A stretch of DNA of 63,004 bases, the filler included, from Gonapodya sp. JEL0774 (taxonomy: Eukaryota), in assembly GCA_027604505.1 (NCBI GenBank). It is 56 parts of 56 records of this genome, joined end to end, with 100 filler letters (N's around TTAATTAATTAA, not from the genome) between each part and the next. Parts side by side here need not be neighbours in the genome. Positions count along the whole stretch, not along the records: positions 60,869 to 61,886 come from JADIIX010004170.1; positions 61,987 to 63,004 come from JADIIX010004171.1; 54 more parts are not named here. The stretch is one strand, 5' to 3'. Within the stretch, counting starts at the first letter, position 1. Each line of letters opens with the position of its first letter. The notes beneath the pieces are model-generated. The model was not told the origin of the DNA. It was given only the letters and a program-made list of their open reading frames with translations, and ran no database searches. Both the position numbers and the translations under genes were made by a program. This document shows, one piece after another, positions 61,207-63,004 of this stretch.

Positions 61207-61986
61207 GGACAGTATTATTGTAGGTGGGTGACAACCGGGGATGTTGGACGATCGACTTGTGGCCTTGCGATGGTTGTGGGACAGTCTTCGCATATTCGCA
61301 AGGGGTTCAGAGTTGAACCCCTTGAAATCTGTCGAGCACTTACTGGCGAGTCTATGTGTGGTCTGGCGGGGACAGGCCTGGAATGGCGTGATCATTGGAA
61401 GAACTCCACTGTACGCGGTACGCCCAAACAATCGAGAGTTGCGAGGGGTCCAAATAGTCTTGCACCAAGAACATTTTCGCAGGAGATGCCTTACTGTGCT
61501 GATCGCTCATTTTTGAATCGTTGCCTGGTAAAGCGATCAAACAAACAGACAAGATGAAGTTATCTGAGCAATCGCGGAATGATGAACCTTTTCCATTTCC
61601 ACCCTGACACAAGAATGGTACCGAAAATGATGAGACAAATTCACTCCCGATTAGAAATGAATCAATTTATCTTGTATGTAGAGATTTTTGGTGCTTCCAG
61701 GTTGGGCGGTTTTGCTGTGACCAAACCAATGACTGTTGTGGCCTTGGCGTATGTGTCTGCATGCAAGTACGCTATTTCACCAGAAACATTTGGCAAGCGT
61801 TACGTGTTCACGGCATCTCACACCCTCTGGCTGGAATGAACTCGCTGCCCTTCGAAACCCTCCACCGTGTTTTCCGCTTCCTGCCCNNNNNNNNNNNNNN
61901 NNNNNNNNNNNNNNNNNNNNNNNNNNNNNNTTAATTAATTAANNNNNNNNNNNNNNNNNNNNNNNNNNNNNNNNNNNNNNNNNNNN

Positions 61987-63004
61987 ACGGCCTTGGCTAT
62001 TGCACCTGTCACTGAAGATATAGGTAAAGTCCGGAATCTACTCGTGCAGGGTTGTGAACCAAACGGCTGAGCCAATTTGCTCCCACCAAATTGAACAGGA
62101 AGCTCAAACTTCGCTGTGTTCTTCACATCCGGAGGTGCTCTTATTTTCATGCTCGCTGCAGTCTTTTGGAGAATCGCTCGGGTCATGTTGAGGTGGAGAG
62201 CTCAACGACAGGTATGTTTATGTCGACAATCACCCCGCGTGAGGCGACTTACGCTGACAGCTGACGTTTTCATGAATTTCCGTTCATTCCTCGTCTTTGT
62301 CCTGGTTATGGTACTTGTTAAAATGGAACAGGACTTCATTGCGCGGCTCGGCCCCCTCAAATCACAGAACCCGGAACTCTTTGAAACCCTCCTCTTGAAC
62401 TTCGACCGTTCCGCGCTGCGCAGTACTGCTCGATTGGGCTTTGGGACGAGTCATCTTACCATGAACCCGGAGTCTTTGCAACAGCTTGCGGCTTGGACTG
62501 TGAACACTACCGCGGTTAAGGTTGGAACGATCGACGAGGAAATCACGAAGGGAGAGGAATTGCTTGGGATGGATGTGACAGAAATGTGTACGTTCTTCAC
62601 AACCTCTTCGGTGTGCCTAGAGGCTCTCGTTCATAGAATCCTTCAATCTCCATTGCATCAGATATCTCGAGTCACTCTTCTGGCCATGCCTATAATGCGG
62701 ACTCTTCGACATGCTCGATCTGCCTTGATCCACTCTCGAAGCCCGGCTTGATTCTGCGACAACTCCCCTGCCGTCATCAATTCCACACCAGTTGTGTCGA
62801 TCAATGGCTGGTCCGATGGCACGCAGTATGTCCTCTTTGTAGGATGGATTTTACGGCTGGTTCAAATGGAGTGGACCGAAACTTAAATACAACGAGTGGG
62901 GACGTGCTGCCTGTCGCAACCCATTCAAATCTCGAAGAACAACTCCTATGCACCTCGTTACGAACTGGACAGCCAATGGAATTCACTGTGGATTCGCGGG
63001 ATTC
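61987..63004 (+). CDS. TM-anchored RING-H2 E3 ubiquitin ligase fragment
   Basis: TM GALIFMLAAVFWRIA; CSICLDPL...RQLPCRHQFHTSCVDQWL...CPLCR. Confidence 0.9.

Noticed and set aside
1036..61986. Regularly spaced TTAATTAATTAA palindromes with unique sequence between them
   Set aside because: Artificial concatenation linkers inside N runs; not biological repeats, and genes on either side are not neighbours

Overview
This window is not contiguous DNA. It is 56 short contigs (about 1018-1035 bp, in decreasing length order) joined by 55 artificial 100-bp linkers (N44-TTAATTAATTAA-N44, stops in all six frames), so only within-contig adjacency means anything. The source is an intron-rich fungus: short GT-AG introns, a class V-type chitin synthase and a Zn-cluster transcription factor domain. 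A TKL kinase and a Crinkler-type gene suggest an early-diverging zoosporic lineage (inference only). Most contigs are fragments of housekeeping genes (UBC12, RPL19, CWC22, SER1, UBP14, SOF1, EBP2, MFAP1, BMS1, ABD1, TAL1), transporters and transcription factors. The best candidate for an undescribed system is 15862-16891: an intronless giant-virus-type AEP primase with a structured 35-bp-core repeat array directly upstream. Also notable: a globin ending in a polybasic CaaX motif, two solo-LTR-like insertions nested in a copia pol, a tail-to-tail paralog pair of unknown family, an all-phase-1 micro-exon surface protein, and several bacterial-looking or decayed genes. All protein calls come from motif recognition by eye; no database search was run.
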